A stretch of DNA of 64,000 bases, taken from the NCBI GenBank assembly GCA_035687145.1, contig DASRYM010000091.1, positions 9,228-73,227 of the forward strand. Reading direction: 5' to 3'. Position 1 is the stretch's first letter. Every line of letters starts with the position of its first letter. This DNA is from Candidatus Zixiibacteriota bacterium (GTDB taxonomy: Bacteria > Chloroflexota > Limnocylindria > QHBO01). Under the pieces are notes generated by a model. That model worked only from the letters and a program-made list of their open reading frames with translations, had not been told where the DNA came from and did not search any database. Below are positions 18,829-28,019 of the stretch, piece after piece. The translations under genes were made by a program, and so were the position numbers.

Positions 18829-18838
18829 AGGGCGTGGC

Positions 18839-20398
18839 GTGGGCCGACCATCGCTCCGGCTCTTCGTGGCGCTGCTGGTGGTGGCGCTGCCGCCGCTGGT
18901 CGCTTACGCCGCGATCAACGTCTTCGCCGGTGACTGGCTGCTGCAGCGAGGCTTCGGCGCCGGCACCCAGCTGCTGATCGCCACGGCGCTCACTTTGGGC
19001 TGGGCGGCCCTGGTGGCGGTGGCCGGCGCCCGGGTGATGGCCGGCGAGGCCCGCACGATGCTCGAGCTGGCCGAGCGCGGCACCTCCACCGGGGGCCGGG
19101 CGGCCGACGCCCTCAGCGAGGCGCAGCGGCGCCTGGCCGCCACGCTCGAGGAGCGGAACCGGCAGATCGCCAGCCTGGCCGACACCGTCCGCCGGGTGCC
19201 GATCGTGGAGGACGCGGCCAGCGTGGCGCGATCCATGGCCGCCGCGGCGCGGGAGCTCACCGGCGATCCCACCTGGGTGCTGGTGGTGCTGCGCGCGCCC
19301 GACGACCGGCTGCTGCCACCCGGCGTGTACGCGCCCGGCGATGCCGATGTGGCGCCGGTGGACGAGGTCCATCGCTGGGCCTCCACCGTGGAGGCCGATG
19401 AGGACGGCGCGCACGGCGCCCGCCAGGCCATCGGTCCATGGGGGGCCTTCGTGATCATCGACGTCGCCGCCGGCGACGAGCTGCGGGCGATCCTGATGGC
19501 ACCGCGGGAGGGACGCCCACCACCCGCTCCGGCCGAGCTCGCCCTGCTGAGCCTGCTGGGCCAGCACGCCGCCACCGCCGTGGAGCACGCCCTGCTGTAC
19601 GCGCGCCTCCGCGCGCAGGCGGATGAGCTCAACCGCATGGCCGCCGTGCAGACCGACTTCCTGCGCGGCGTGACCCACGACCTCCAGACGCCGCTGACCA
19701 GCATCCGCGCGCTCGCCTCCGAGTTGCGCTCGACGGTCGGGACCGATGCGGCCGCCGCGGCGGACCTGGATACCATCGCCCACCAGGCCGACCGCCTGCG
19801 TCGCATGGTCGGCCAGCTGCTGGCGGTCTCGCGCCTCGAGGCGGGTGCGCTGACTCCCAGCACCGACGTTTTCCGCGCCGAGCCACTGGTGCGCCGTACC
19901 TGGGACGCGCTCCGCGCCGACCGCCCGTTCACCTTGACCACCGAGGGCGAGGAGCACCTGGTGGTCGGTGACCCCGACCGCCTGGAGCAGGTGCTGTGGG
20001 CGGTGCTGGACAACGCGGTGAAGTACAGTCCCGACGGCTCGCCGATCGAGCTGCGGCTGGCAGCCGCGCGGCGAGACGGCGACGGCGCCCTGCAGTCCAT
20101 CCTTGAGGTGACCGACAACGGGGCGGGGATGGACCCGGCCACGCAGGAGCGGGCCTTCGAGCAGTTCTACCGGTCGGCCGATGCCAGGCGCCTGGCGCCC
20201 GACGGCAGCGGCGTCGGCCTCTACGCCGCGCGCGGGCTCCTGCGCGCCATGGGAGGCGACATCCGCGTATCCTCGCGCCTCGGCGTCGGCACCACGGTGC
20301 GGATCACGATGCCGGCCGAGAGCGCCGCCGAGGGTATCGACGGCGCCACAGATGCCATCGAGACGGCTGGCGCAGCCGCCGAACATGAGAGGGCATGA
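18839..20398 (+). CDS. membrane sensor histidine kinase (HisKA + HATPase_c)
   Basis: It has two N-terminal TM spans. The H-box is FLRGVTHDLQTPLTSI. Also present are DNAVKYSP, DNGAGMD and GSGVGLYAARGLLRAMGG. Confidence 0.9.
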   Translation: MGRPSLRLFVALLVVALPPLVAYAAINVFAGDWLLQRGFGAGTQLLIATALTLGWAALVAVAGARVMAGEARTMLELAERGTSTGGRAADALSEAQRRLAATLEERNRQIASLADTVRRVPIVEDAASVARSMAAAARELTGDPTWVLVVLRAPDDRLLPPGVYAPGDADVAPVDEVHRWASTVEADEDGAHGARQAIGPWGAFVIIDVAAGDELRAILMAPREGRPPPAPAELALLSLLGQHAATAVEHALLYARLRAQADELNRMAAVQTDFLRGVTHDLQTPLTSIRALASELRSTVGTDAAAAADLDTIAHQADRLRRMVGQLLAVSRLEAGALTPSTDVFRAEPLVRRTWDALRADRPFTLTTEGEEHLVVGDPDRLEQVLWAVLDNAVKYSPDGSPIELRLAAARRDGDGALQSILEVTDNGAGMDPATQERAFEQFYRSADARRLAPDGSGVGLYAARGLLRAMGGDIRVSSRLGVGTTVRITMPAESAAEGIDGATDAIETAGAAAEHERA

Positions 20399-20511
20399 CG
20401 AAGGTACCGTTGCGGTACCACCCGAGCGGCCCCACTCTGTAAGGTGGCTCGTAAGGTCGCACACCTAGCATCCGAGCCAATAACCGCCGAACGCAGGAGT
20501 CCCGAGCCATC

Positions 20512-21408
20512 GTGATGAAGCTGCCCCTGATCCGCCGCGGACGACACAGGACGCGTGGCCAGGCCATGGTCGAGTTCGCGATCATCCTGCCGGTCTTGGC
20601 TCTGCTGATGGTGATGTCGCTCGACTTCGGGCGCGTTTTCTTCGGCTGGGTCGGGCTGCAGAACGTGGCTCGCGTGGGGGCGAACTTCGCCGCGATGCGC
20701 CCTGAGGCCTTCGACCCGAATTATCCAAGTGGCTCTCAGAAGCAGTTGTACCTGGACCAGTACTACGAGGCCCTGGCGCGCGAGGCCGCCGGGCTCAACT
20801 GCTCGCCCCTGCCGCAGGCATCACCAACGGCGACCTACATCCCACAGCCATCATTCGATGACGCCAACGGCAATGGACGCTATGACCTCAACGAGCACGT
20901 GAGCGTGCAGCTTTGGTGCTCCTTCGATCTGCTCACTCCACTGGCCGAAGGGGTGCTCGGTGGACCGGTCGATGTGACCGCCAACGCCGTCTTTGCCGTG
21001 CGCGGTGGCACGATCGCCGGAGCCACCGTGGGCGCAATCCTTCCGAGCGCCTCCGCGACGGCCACTGCCACCCCGTCGGCAACCGCCTCCGCGTCGGCAA
21101 GTGGGAGCGCATCGGCCTCGGCTGCGCCGTCTCCGTGCCCACTGCCCATCGCCAACTTCCACGCCACGCCCACGAAGGGCAAGAGCCCCCTGACCGTGCA
21201 GTTCACGGACACGTCGCAGACCTTCGGCTGCTCCGTCTCCGGGTGGTTGTGGGACTTCGGTGACGGCAGCACCTCGACGTTGCAGCACCCGACGCACCGG
21301 TACACCGGCAACAACAGGCTGTACTCGGTGACTCTGACCGTTACCAGTCCCGGCGGGACAACCTCCGTCTTCCAGCCCGGGTACATCGAGACCTGCAACC
21401 GATGCTAG
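20512..21408 (+). CDS. TadE-like pseudopilin fused to a C-terminal PKD domain
   Basis: The N-terminus RGQAMVEFAIILPVLALLMV is the TadE signature. An S/A/T linker (SASATATATPSATASASASGSASASAAPSP) follows. The PKD motif reads SPLTVQFTDTS...WLWDFGDGSTS...HRYTGNNRLYSVTLTV. Confidence 0.8.
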   Translation: MMKLPLIRRGRHRTRGQAMVEFAIILPVLALLMVMSLDFGRVFFGWVGLQNVARVGANFAAMRPEAFDPNYPSGSQKQLYLDQYYEALAREAAGLNCSPLPQASPTATYIPQPSFDDANGNGRYDLNEHVSVQLWCSFDLLTPLAEGVLGGPVDVTANAVFAVRGGTIAGATVGAILPSASATATATPSATASASASGSASASAAPSPCPLPIANFHATPTKGKSPLTVQFTDTSQTFGCSVSGWLWDFGDGSTSTLQHPTHRYTGNNRLYSVTLTVTSPGGTTSVFQPGYIETCNRC

Positions 21409-21887
21409 GGCTGATGAACCGGCGCCGCGGCGGCCGCCGTGGGCAGACGCTGGTCGAGTTCGCGCTCATCCTGCCGATCTTCGTGCTGCTGTTGATGGGC
21501 ATCCTGGATCTGGGTCGGGCCGTGTACTACTCGTCCACGCTGAGCAACGCGGCGCGCGAAGCTGCGCGGCGCGCCATCGTCGACCAGACGTGTTCGCACG
21601 TGTCCGACTTCGCAGTGCAGCGGGCTGTCGGCATGCAGAACGTCACGACCACCGTGTGGTGGACGTCCCCAACGGGGGCCACCACCCGCAGCTGCTCGCC
21701 CGAGTCTGGAGCGGCCAGCATCGGCGACATCACGCACGTCACGGTGGAGTACGACTTCAACGCCGCCACGCCGATCATCGGCAATCTCGTGGGCACCATC
21801 CATCTGCAGGGTGAGTCCGCCTTCCCGGTCGAGGCGACGTGTATCCAGGACACGCCGGCTGGGACGGTGTGCCCACCAGGCTCCTGA
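21402..21887 (+). CDS. TadE-like pseudopilin
   Basis: 161 aa. The N-terminus reads RRGQTLVEFALILPIFVLLLMGILDLGRAVY. Confidence 0.8.
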   Translation: MLGLMNRRRGGRRGQTLVEFALILPIFVLLLMGILDLGRAVYYSSTLSNAAREAARRAIVDQTCSHVSDFAVQRAVGMQNVTTTVWWTSPTGATTRSCSPESGAASIGDITHVTVEYDFNAATPIIGNLVGTIHLQGESAFPVEATCIQDTPAGTVCPPGS

Positions 21888-21908
21888 TCGAACGCACTAC
21901 TAGGACTA

Positions 21909-23111
21909 ATGATCATGCCCATTCATCCTTCCCGACCCAGCCAGCGCGGCCAGGTCCTCGTCATCGTCGCCGTTGGCATGTTCGTCATCATCGGCCTCGT
22001 CGGCCTCGTCATCGACGGTGGTAATGCTTGGGGTCAGCAGCGCCAGACGCAGAACGGTGCGGATGCGATGGCGGAAGCCGGCGCCACCGTCCTCGCCCAC
22101 TGGCTCAAGGGGGCTCCGATGACCGATGGCGACGTCGGCTGCGCCGTCGAGGCCGCCGCGGATGCCAATGGCTTGGCGGATCCGTCGGCGGTGTACACCG
22201 ACGTTGCCGGCGACTTCCTCACACCAACGGTCGAGGTCGGCGCGTGCAATCCCGGTGGAGGTGCTCCAATCCCGCCCGGTGCCCAGGGGGTCAAGGCAAG
22301 CGGGAATCGAGACTTCGACACCTTCCTGGCCCGAGCCATCGGCTTCCAGCAGTTCACGACCTCCGCCAGCGCCACGGCTGTCGCGGGTCTCATCACCGAG
22401 ATCTGCCCGGCCAATGCCGGCTGTCCCGTCCTTCCCGTCACGTTCCCCCTGACGGCAGTCACCTGCGACGGGACGAACCGCCAGCTGCAGATTCCGGGCA
22501 CCGACTGGCCGCTCACGCAGCTCGTGGATCCGATGGCCGACGACTATGCGGACACGGATACCATGTCCATCGTTCCGCTCTGCTCAATCGGCCCGGGATC
22601 CGTGGGCTGGCTCGACTTCGGACCACCATGCCCCAACAACCTTGCAGATGTCATCACCAACCCGTGCAACGTCTCGATCCCGATCCCGACCTGGATCCAG
22701 ACAAGCACCGGAAACCCCAACAACCTCGAGGAGAAGATCAACGCACTGACGGGACCGCAGATCGGCGTGGCCGACGATAGCGTCGTCTTGATTCCCATCA
22801 ACGACAATACTTGCAGCACGAAGCCACCGGACAGCCAGTTCAACTGCCCGGGTGGCAACGGCTCGGGCAACGGCTCGAACCTCTACTATCACATCCCGAA
22901 GTTCACCCGGTTCATGATCGACCAGGCCTACATCCAGGGCGGGAACTCCGGCGACTGCAATTCGCCACCCGGCAAGCCCCTAGTGCAGGGCAATGGTGGT
23001 ACCGGCTGCTTCAAGGGATGGTTCCTGAACTACGTGGAGACCGGACCCGTGGGGCCCGGGGCCACAGGCCCGCTGGATCCCGGCCAAATCGGCATCCAGC
23101 TCATCCGCTGA
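21909..23111 (+). CDS. TadG-like (Tad_N) pilus assembly protein
   Basis: The N-terminus QRGQVLVIVAVGMFVIIGLVGLVIDGGNAW matches the TadG-like N-terminal motif. The large Cys-containing C-terminal domain is paralogous to that of 26127..27203 (GSVGWLDFG vs GGFGWLKFG; YYHIPKF vs WYHIVGF). Confidence 0.7.
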   Translation: MIMPIHPSRPSQRGQVLVIVAVGMFVIIGLVGLVIDGGNAWGQQRQTQNGADAMAEAGATVLAHWLKGAPMTDGDVGCAVEAAADANGLADPSAVYTDVAGDFLTPTVEVGACNPGGGAPIPPGAQGVKASGNRDFDTFLARAIGFQQFTTSASATAVAGLITEICPANAGCPVLPVTFPLTAVTCDGTNRQLQIPGTDWPLTQLVDPMADDYADTDTMSIVPLCSIGPGSVGWLDFGPPCPNNLADVITNPCNVSIPIPTWIQTSTGNPNNLEEKINALTGPQIGVADDSVVLIPINDNTCSTKPPDSQFNCPGGNGSGNGSNLYYHIPKFTRFMIDQAYIQGGNSGDCNSPPGKPLVQGNGGTGCFKGWFLNYVETGPVGPGATGPLDPGQIGIQLIR

Positions 23112-23214
23112 CTGCACGCGGCCCGGCGGCGCGTACGCTTCGGTCCATTTCCGGGACTGGGGCGAACTGCTTGTCATCGGCCCGCCGGGCCAGCGCTGCT
23201 AGCATCGGCCGCTG

Positions 23215-23580
23215 GTGAGCGCCTACCGCGAGGTCATCATCCGCAACGCCACCAAGGGCACCCTGGTGGCCGACCGCGGGTTGGTGGCGCAGTCCTTGGT
23301 GCGTCGCATCCTGGGCCTCCACCTCCTGCCGCGGCTGGAGCCAGGGCAGGGCCTGCTCCTGACCGGGGCGACCACCATTGACACCACCTTCATGCGCTAC
23401 CCGATCGACCTGGTCTTCCTGGACCGATCCGGCCGGGTCACCCGGGTCGTTCCGGCGCTCCCCCCCTGGCGCATGGTGCTGCGCACCGCGGGCGGCCGCG
23501 ACTGCCTGGAGCTTCCGGCGGGGACCGCGCAGGCCAGCGGTACCCAGCCGGGCGACCAGCTCGTCATCGAGGATCGATAA
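23215..23580 (+). CDS. DUF192 (COG1430) domain protein
   Basis: 121 aa. The pattern RGLVAQSLVRRILGL...GLLL...IDTTFMRYPIDLVFLD..GRV...P...VLELPAG fits DUF192. Confidence 0.7.
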   Translation: MSAYREVIIRNATKGTLVADRGLVAQSLVRRILGLHLLPRLEPGQGLLLTGATTIDTTFMRYPIDLVFLDRSGRVTRVVPALPPWRMVLRTAGGRDCLELPAGTAQASGTQPGDQLVIEDR

Positions 23581-23608
23581 GCCGTTGATAAGTGGCCGAT
23601 AAGGCCCG

Positions 23609-24277
23609 GTGCGGCACCCTCGCCGCGTGTCGCTCCTGGACGTCCTGGCGCCGCCGGCCTGCGCGGCCTGCAACCGCTACGGCAGCACGCTCTGCGAGGC
23701 GTGCCGCCGGACCTTCCGGCCCGCCGGCGCGCCGGCCGACCGCTTCGTTGCCGCCGACCCCGGGGTGGTGGCCGGCGACGCGCTCGATCTGGCCGTGGCC
23801 GCCTTCGTCTACGAGGGCTCGCTGCGGCGTTCGCTGGCCCGCCTGAAGTACGGCGGAGCGGCCCGCGTGGCGGCGATTCTGGCCGCGGCCGCGGCCCCCG
23901 CCCTCGCCCAGGTGGTGAGCATCCTCGGCGGCGGCGTCCTGGTCCCCGTCCCGGTGCACGCGGACAGGCTTCGCATCCGCGGCTACAACCAGGCGGAGCT
24001 CCTGGCCCGTGCGCTCGGCGGTGGGCTGGGTCTGCCCATCGGCCACGTGCTGATCCGGAGGCGACCGACCACACAGCAGCACCGGCTGGACCGCGCCGGG
24101 CGGCTGCGCAACCTGCAGGACGCCTTCGCCCTCGCGCCGGGCGTCCGCGCTCCTTCGCGGGCGATCCTGGTGGACGACATCCTGACCACCAGCGCCACGC
24201 TGGAGGCGTGCGCATCGGTCCTGGTCGAGGCGGGCAGCGAACGGGTCATCGGCTTCACGATCGCCAGGGAGATGTGA
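23609..24277 (+). CDS. comF: ComF-family protein (ComFC-type phosphoribosyltransferase)
   Basis: It has an N-terminal Cys cluster (PPACAACNRYGSTLCEACRR). GYNQAELLAR is present, and the PRTase motif AILVDDILTTSATL lies near the C-terminus. Confidence 0.85.
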   Translation: MRHPRRVSLLDVLAPPACAACNRYGSTLCEACRRTFRPAGAPADRFVAADPGVVAGDALDLAVAAFVYEGSLRRSLARLKYGGAARVAAILAAAAAPALAQVVSILGGGVLVPVPVHADRLRIRGYNQAELLARALGGGLGLPIGHVLIRRRPTTQQHRLDRAGRLRNLQDAFALAPGVRAPSRAILVDDILTTSATLEACASVLVEAGSERVIGFTIAREM

Positions 24278-24364
24278 GGCGGTGCGGTGGGGTCCCGCGC
24301 GGTCGGGACGGGATGCGGCGGTGATCGGCCGCACCACGCAGCGGGGGATTGCCTGCTTGGAAGG

Positions 24365-24394
24365 CTTACATCCTAGCCCGGGATGCGGTAATGT
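24365..24394 (+). promoter_or_regulatory. candidate promoter of the second pseudopilin cassette
   Basis: CTTACA (24365-24370), an 18-nt spacer, then TAATGT (24389-24394), within a locally AT-richer intergenic region. Confidence 0.3.
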
Positions 24395-24496
24395 CCGCCG
24401 CACAACGCAGGAACGTCGATTTCGTTTGGGGTTCCCGGCGAAGAATCGGCAGCCCTTGCCGCATACCACAGGAACTCTCGCTGCCCGAGGTCCTAC

Positions 24497-25582
24497 ATGC
24501 GTCCACGAAGCGTCCGAGCCGCGCGCCCCGGACCCAGCGCCGCCCTTCGCGGCCTGGGCCGTCATCGGCGTTCCCTGCGCGGTCAGAGCCTGGTCGAGTT
24601 CGCCCTCCTGCTCCCGCTCTTCGTCCTGTTCCTGGTGATCGCCGTCGACTTCGGCCGCGTCTTCTTCACCTACATCCAGATGACGAACGCGGCGCGGGAG
24701 GCGGCCTACTGGGGCACATCTGCTCCCGACCGCCCGGCCGATGAGGCCGGCATGCTGGCCAAGGCACAGGCCGAGACCAACGCCCAGGGGCAGGGGGGCG
24801 AGGGCGGGATCGACATCGAGGTCGAGTGCCGCGACCCGGGCGGCACCGTCATCCCCTGCTCCAGCGCGACCGGTGGGGCGGGCGCCGGCAACCTGCTCAC
24901 GGTCACGGTCAGCCAGCCGTTCAGCTTCCTGACGCCGCTGGTCGACCAGGTGCTCGGCGCCGGCTTCACCATGCGCACGTCGGCGACCGCGACCGTCCTG
25001 GGGTTCGCCGCGAACGGGTCCGGCTCCGGCGGACCCACCGGGACCTGCAGCCTGCCGACGGCCAGCTTCACCGTCATCGTCGTCTCCGGGACCACCGTCG
25101 AGGTGGATCCGGCGGACTCCACGCCGCAGACCGCCGGCGACCCGTGCAACATCTCGGGCTACTTCTGGTACTGGGGCAACGGCGAGGACCAGCCGGGCAC
25201 GGCCACCGCCACCACCTACACCTACCCAAGCCCCGGCACCTACACCATCACCCTGGAGGTCACGAACCAAGCCGGCCTGGCGTCCACGACCCGGACCGTG
25301 ACCGTCCCAGAGGGCGCGCCCCCGTCCTGCGAACCGCCGAACGCCAGCTTCACCTTCACGACCAGTGGTCCCGGCAGCAAGACGCACACCTACGTCGACA
25401 CCTCGACGGTGGACGACCCGGTGAACTGCCCGATCACCGCCTGGCTGTGGACCTTCGGCGACGGGACGCAGTCGAACGCGCCGGCGCCGACGGCGGTGAC
25501 CTACCGGAGCGCCAGCAAGCACACCACGACCCTGACCGTGACCAACTCCAGCGGGTCGGACACGTTCAGCTGGAACCACTGA
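24497..25582 (+). CDS. TadE-like pseudopilin fused to two PKD-like domains
   Basis: The N-terminus reads RGQSLVEFALLLPLFVLFLVIAVDFGRVFF. Two PKD-like repeats follow (YFWYWGNGED...YTYPSPGTYTITLEVTN and AWLWTFGDGTQS...TTTLTVTN). Confidence 0.8.
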   Translation: MRPRSVRAARPGPSAALRGLGRHRRSLRGQSLVEFALLLPLFVLFLVIAVDFGRVFFTYIQMTNAAREAAYWGTSAPDRPADEAGMLAKAQAETNAQGQGGEGGIDIEVECRDPGGTVIPCSSATGGAGAGNLLTVTVSQPFSFLTPLVDQVLGAGFTMRTSATATVLGFAANGSGSGGPTGTCSLPTASFTVIVVSGTTVEVDPADSTPQTAGDPCNISGYFWYWGNGEDQPGTATATTYTYPSPGTYTITLEVTNQAGLASTTRTVTVPEGAPPSCEPPNASFTFTTSGPGSKTHTYVDTSTVDDPVNCPITAWLWTFGDGTQSNAPAPTAVTYRSASKHTTTLTVTNSSGSDTFSWNH

Positions 25583-26115
25583 TGCGCCGCCTCCTCAGCC
25601 ACCGCCGCGAGCGCCGAGGACGGGGGCAGGCCCTGGTCGAGTTCGCCCTGGTCATCCCCATCTTCCTGCTGCTGCTCTTCGGGCTGATCGACATGGCGCG
25701 CATCGTCTACTTCAACAGCACCCTGTCCCAGGCGGCGCGCGAGGGGGCGCGGCTGGCGGCCGTGGAGGCCTACTGGGTCGGTCGCACCGAGGCGTACTGC
25801 AACACCGACGGCGGGCCGGTCTGCCGGGCCGATGTCACCGAGCTGCGCGCCGATGTCCTGCAGGCCGCCAACCGGATGATGACGCCCTTCGCCGCCATCG
25901 CCGATGAGGACCTACACCTCAGTTGCGACGCCACCACCCCGCCGACCGGGGCCTGGAGCAGTCCCACCCACAACTGTGACACGCCCACCGATCGCCAGCC
26001 GCAGGGGCTGGTCTCCGTGCGCATCGCCATCGAGATCGAGCCCATCACGCCCATGCTCGGCCAGATCATCGGCTCATTGGAGCTGTCTGGCGCCGCTACC
26101 ATGGAAATCAACTAA
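25582..26115 (+). CDS. TadE-like pseudopilin
   Basis: This is the internal ATG of track ORF 24826..26115, overlapping the upstream stop (TGATG). The N-terminus reads MRRLLSHRRERRGRGQALVEFALVIPIFLLLLFGLIDMARIVY. Confidence 0.8.
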   Translation: MRRLLSHRRERRGRGQALVEFALVIPIFLLLLFGLIDMARIVYFNSTLSQAAREGARLAAVEAYWVGRTEAYCNTDGGPVCRADVTELRADVLQAANRMMTPFAAIADEDLHLSCDATTPPTGAWSSPTHNCDTPTDRQPQGLVSVRIAIEIEPITPMLGQIIGSLELSGAATMEIN

Positions 26116-26126
26116 GGGGCCCGAGC

Positions 26127-27203
26127 ATGTCCGCACGCTCCTCTCGCCGTGACGCACCCAGGGGTCAGGTCATCGTCCTGTTCGCCGTCACGCTCACGCT
26201 CATCGTTTTCGCCGTGGGGCTGGTGGTCGACGGCGGCATGGGCCTGGCCCAGCGCCGGGGGGCGCAGAACGCCGCCGACTTCGCCGCGCTAGCGGGCGCG
26301 CGGATCATCGCCCAGCGCTTGGGCGGCGACACGGTCAACGGCACCGACGCGAACGTCCAGGCCGCCATCACCAACGCCATGATCGCCAACGGCAGCGCAC
26401 CCCCCACCTTCGGGCCGCCCAATGGGCCGCGCTACGTGGCCGACGACGGGACCCTGCTCAACTACGTGGGCGAGGGCCTGCCGGCCGACGCCGTGGGGGT
26501 TACCGTCAGCTCGTGGCGGACGTGGCAGCCGTTCTTCGCCCAGGTCTTCGGCGTGAACCGCTGGGAGACGAAGGCCACGGCCACCGCGCGGGGCGGCTTC
26601 TACCAGGATGGGCCGCCACCGGGGTCGCTCTTCCCGGCCGGCATCGCCCTCTCCTTCTTCCAGACCTACCCGTTCTGCTCGGGGCCCATCAGCGACGACC
26701 CGACCGATCCCTGCTACCCGAAGAAGCTCACCCCCGGCAACCTAAACGTGCCCGGCGGCTTCGGCTGGCTGAAGTTCGGCTGCGACGGCTACGGGCTGGG
26801 CCAGGAGCCACCGGCCAACGAGGGCGGCTGCAGGAACGACATCCCGTTTCTGAACGAGCAGATCGGCCCGCCCGGCAACTCGTTCGGCTGCTGCACCCAG
26901 GTCGGCCTCGCAGGCAGCTTGGACCGCATCGGCAGCCTGCCCGGCAACAAGGCCAGCGCCGATTGTGACTACTACATCGACAACGAGGTCACCGTCATGG
27001 TGCCCATCTGGGACGTCGCCGGCGGCACGGGGCAGAACGCCTGGTACCACATCGTGGGCTTCGCCGGTTTCCAGATCACCCAGTGCGAGGGCGGCAAGAA
27101 CCTCGAGGGCGTGTGGCGCAAGCCGTTCATGACGGGACCGGTGGGGTCCAGGCCGGCCGGCCCGGTCGAGATCCAGATGCTGGGCGTCCAGCTCGTCAAC
27201 TGA
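26127..27203 (+). CDS. TadG-like (Tad_N) pilus assembly protein, paralog of 21909..23111
   Basis: The N-terminus reads PRGQVIVLFAVTLTLIVFAVGLVVDGGMGLAQRRGAQNAAD. The C-terminal domain shares motifs with the first TadG-like protein. Confidence 0.7.
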   Translation: MSARSSRRDAPRGQVIVLFAVTLTLIVFAVGLVVDGGMGLAQRRGAQNAADFAALAGARIIAQRLGGDTVNGTDANVQAAITNAMIANGSAPPTFGPPNGPRYVADDGTLLNYVGEGLPADAVGVTVSSWRTWQPFFAQVFGVNRWETKATATARGGFYQDGPPPGSLFPAGIALSFFQTYPFCSGPISDDPTDPCYPKKLTPGNLNVPGGFGWLKFGCDGYGLGQEPPANEGGCRNDIPFLNEQIGPPGNSFGCCTQVGLAGSLDRIGSLPGNKASADCDYYIDNEVTVMVPIWDVAGGTGQNAWYHIVGFAGFQITQCEGGKNLEGVWRKPFMTGPVGSRPAGPVEIQMLGVQLVN

Positions 27204-27269
27204 CCGGACCGATACCTCTGCCGCGCGGTGGTACCGTAGGGACCACCGCAGCAGTGAGGGACACGTCCG

Positions 27270-27854
27270 GTGAAGACGACCGTCAAGGCCCGGAACTTCG
27301 AGCTGAGCGAGCGGCTGCGGAGCCAGATCGACCGCAAGCTGCGTCGCCTGGACCGGATCGCCCACCCCGATGCCGAGGCCACGGTGGAGCTCATCGCCAA
27401 CGCCTCGCACGCCACCGACGCCTCGCACGTGGCCGAGGTCACGATGGTCACCAACGGCAGCGTCGTGCGCTCGGTGTCCTCGGGGGCCACGGCCATCGCC
27501 GCGCTCGACACCCTGCTCGACAAGCTCGAGCGCCAGGTGGTGCGCGCGCGGAAGAAGCCCCGCGCCGTGCACCTGCGGGCGACGGACGAGACCCAGGCGG
27601 TGCTGGCCCGCGAGGCCGAGGGGAGCGTGGCCGGCGACGAGGAGGTGAGCCCGCGGACCACGCCAGCGGTGGTCCGCATCAAGCGCTTCGACATGCTGCC
27701 GATGTTCGAGGAGGACGCCATTGCCCGCATGGAGGAGCTGGGGCACGCGTTCTTCGTCTTCCTCAACGCCGAGATGGACCGGATCTGCGTCGTGTACCGG
27801 CGGCGCGACGGCACCTACGGCCTGATCGAGCCCGTCGTCGGAGGCGCGCGCTGA
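27270..27854 (+). CDS. hpf: ribosome hibernation promoting factor, long form
   Basis: The N-terminal RaiA/HPF fold reads VKARNFELSERLRSQIDRKLRRL. The C-terminal dimerisation domain reads VVRIKRFDMLPMFEEDAIARMEELGHAFFVFLNAE...VVYRRRDGTYGLIEP. Confidence 0.92.
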   Translation: MKTTVKARNFELSERLRSQIDRKLRRLDRIAHPDAEATVELIANASHATDASHVAEVTMVTNGSVVRSVSSGATAIAALDTLLDKLERQVVRARKKPRAVHLRATDETQAVLAREAEGSVAGDEEVSPRTTPAVVRIKRFDMLPMFEEDAIARMEELGHAFFVFLNAEMDRICVVYRRRDGTYGLIEPVVGGAR

Positions 27855-27884
27855 GCAGCGCCGGGTGTCGTTCTGGGGCTGACC

Positions 27885-28019
27885 TCAGAGGATCACGGGC
27901 AGCGCCAGCAGGGCGGCCACGATCACCAGCAGCGCCACGAAGAACACCAGCAGGGCGATGGTCAGCAGGTCCGCGGTCTGACCCGGCTGCGTCCCACCCC
28001 CGTCGTCACGCTCCGTCAT
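27885..28019 (-). CDS. small (44 aa) single-pass membrane protein, hypothetical
   Basis: This is the internal ATG of track ORF 27885..28178. The product is MTERDDGGGTQPGQTADLLTIALLVFFVALLVIVAALLALPVIL. Third-codon positions are strongly G/C-biased, like neighbouring real genes. Confidence 0.4.
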   Translation of the reverse strand: MTERDDGGGTQPGQTADLLTIALLVFFVALLVIVAALLALPVIL

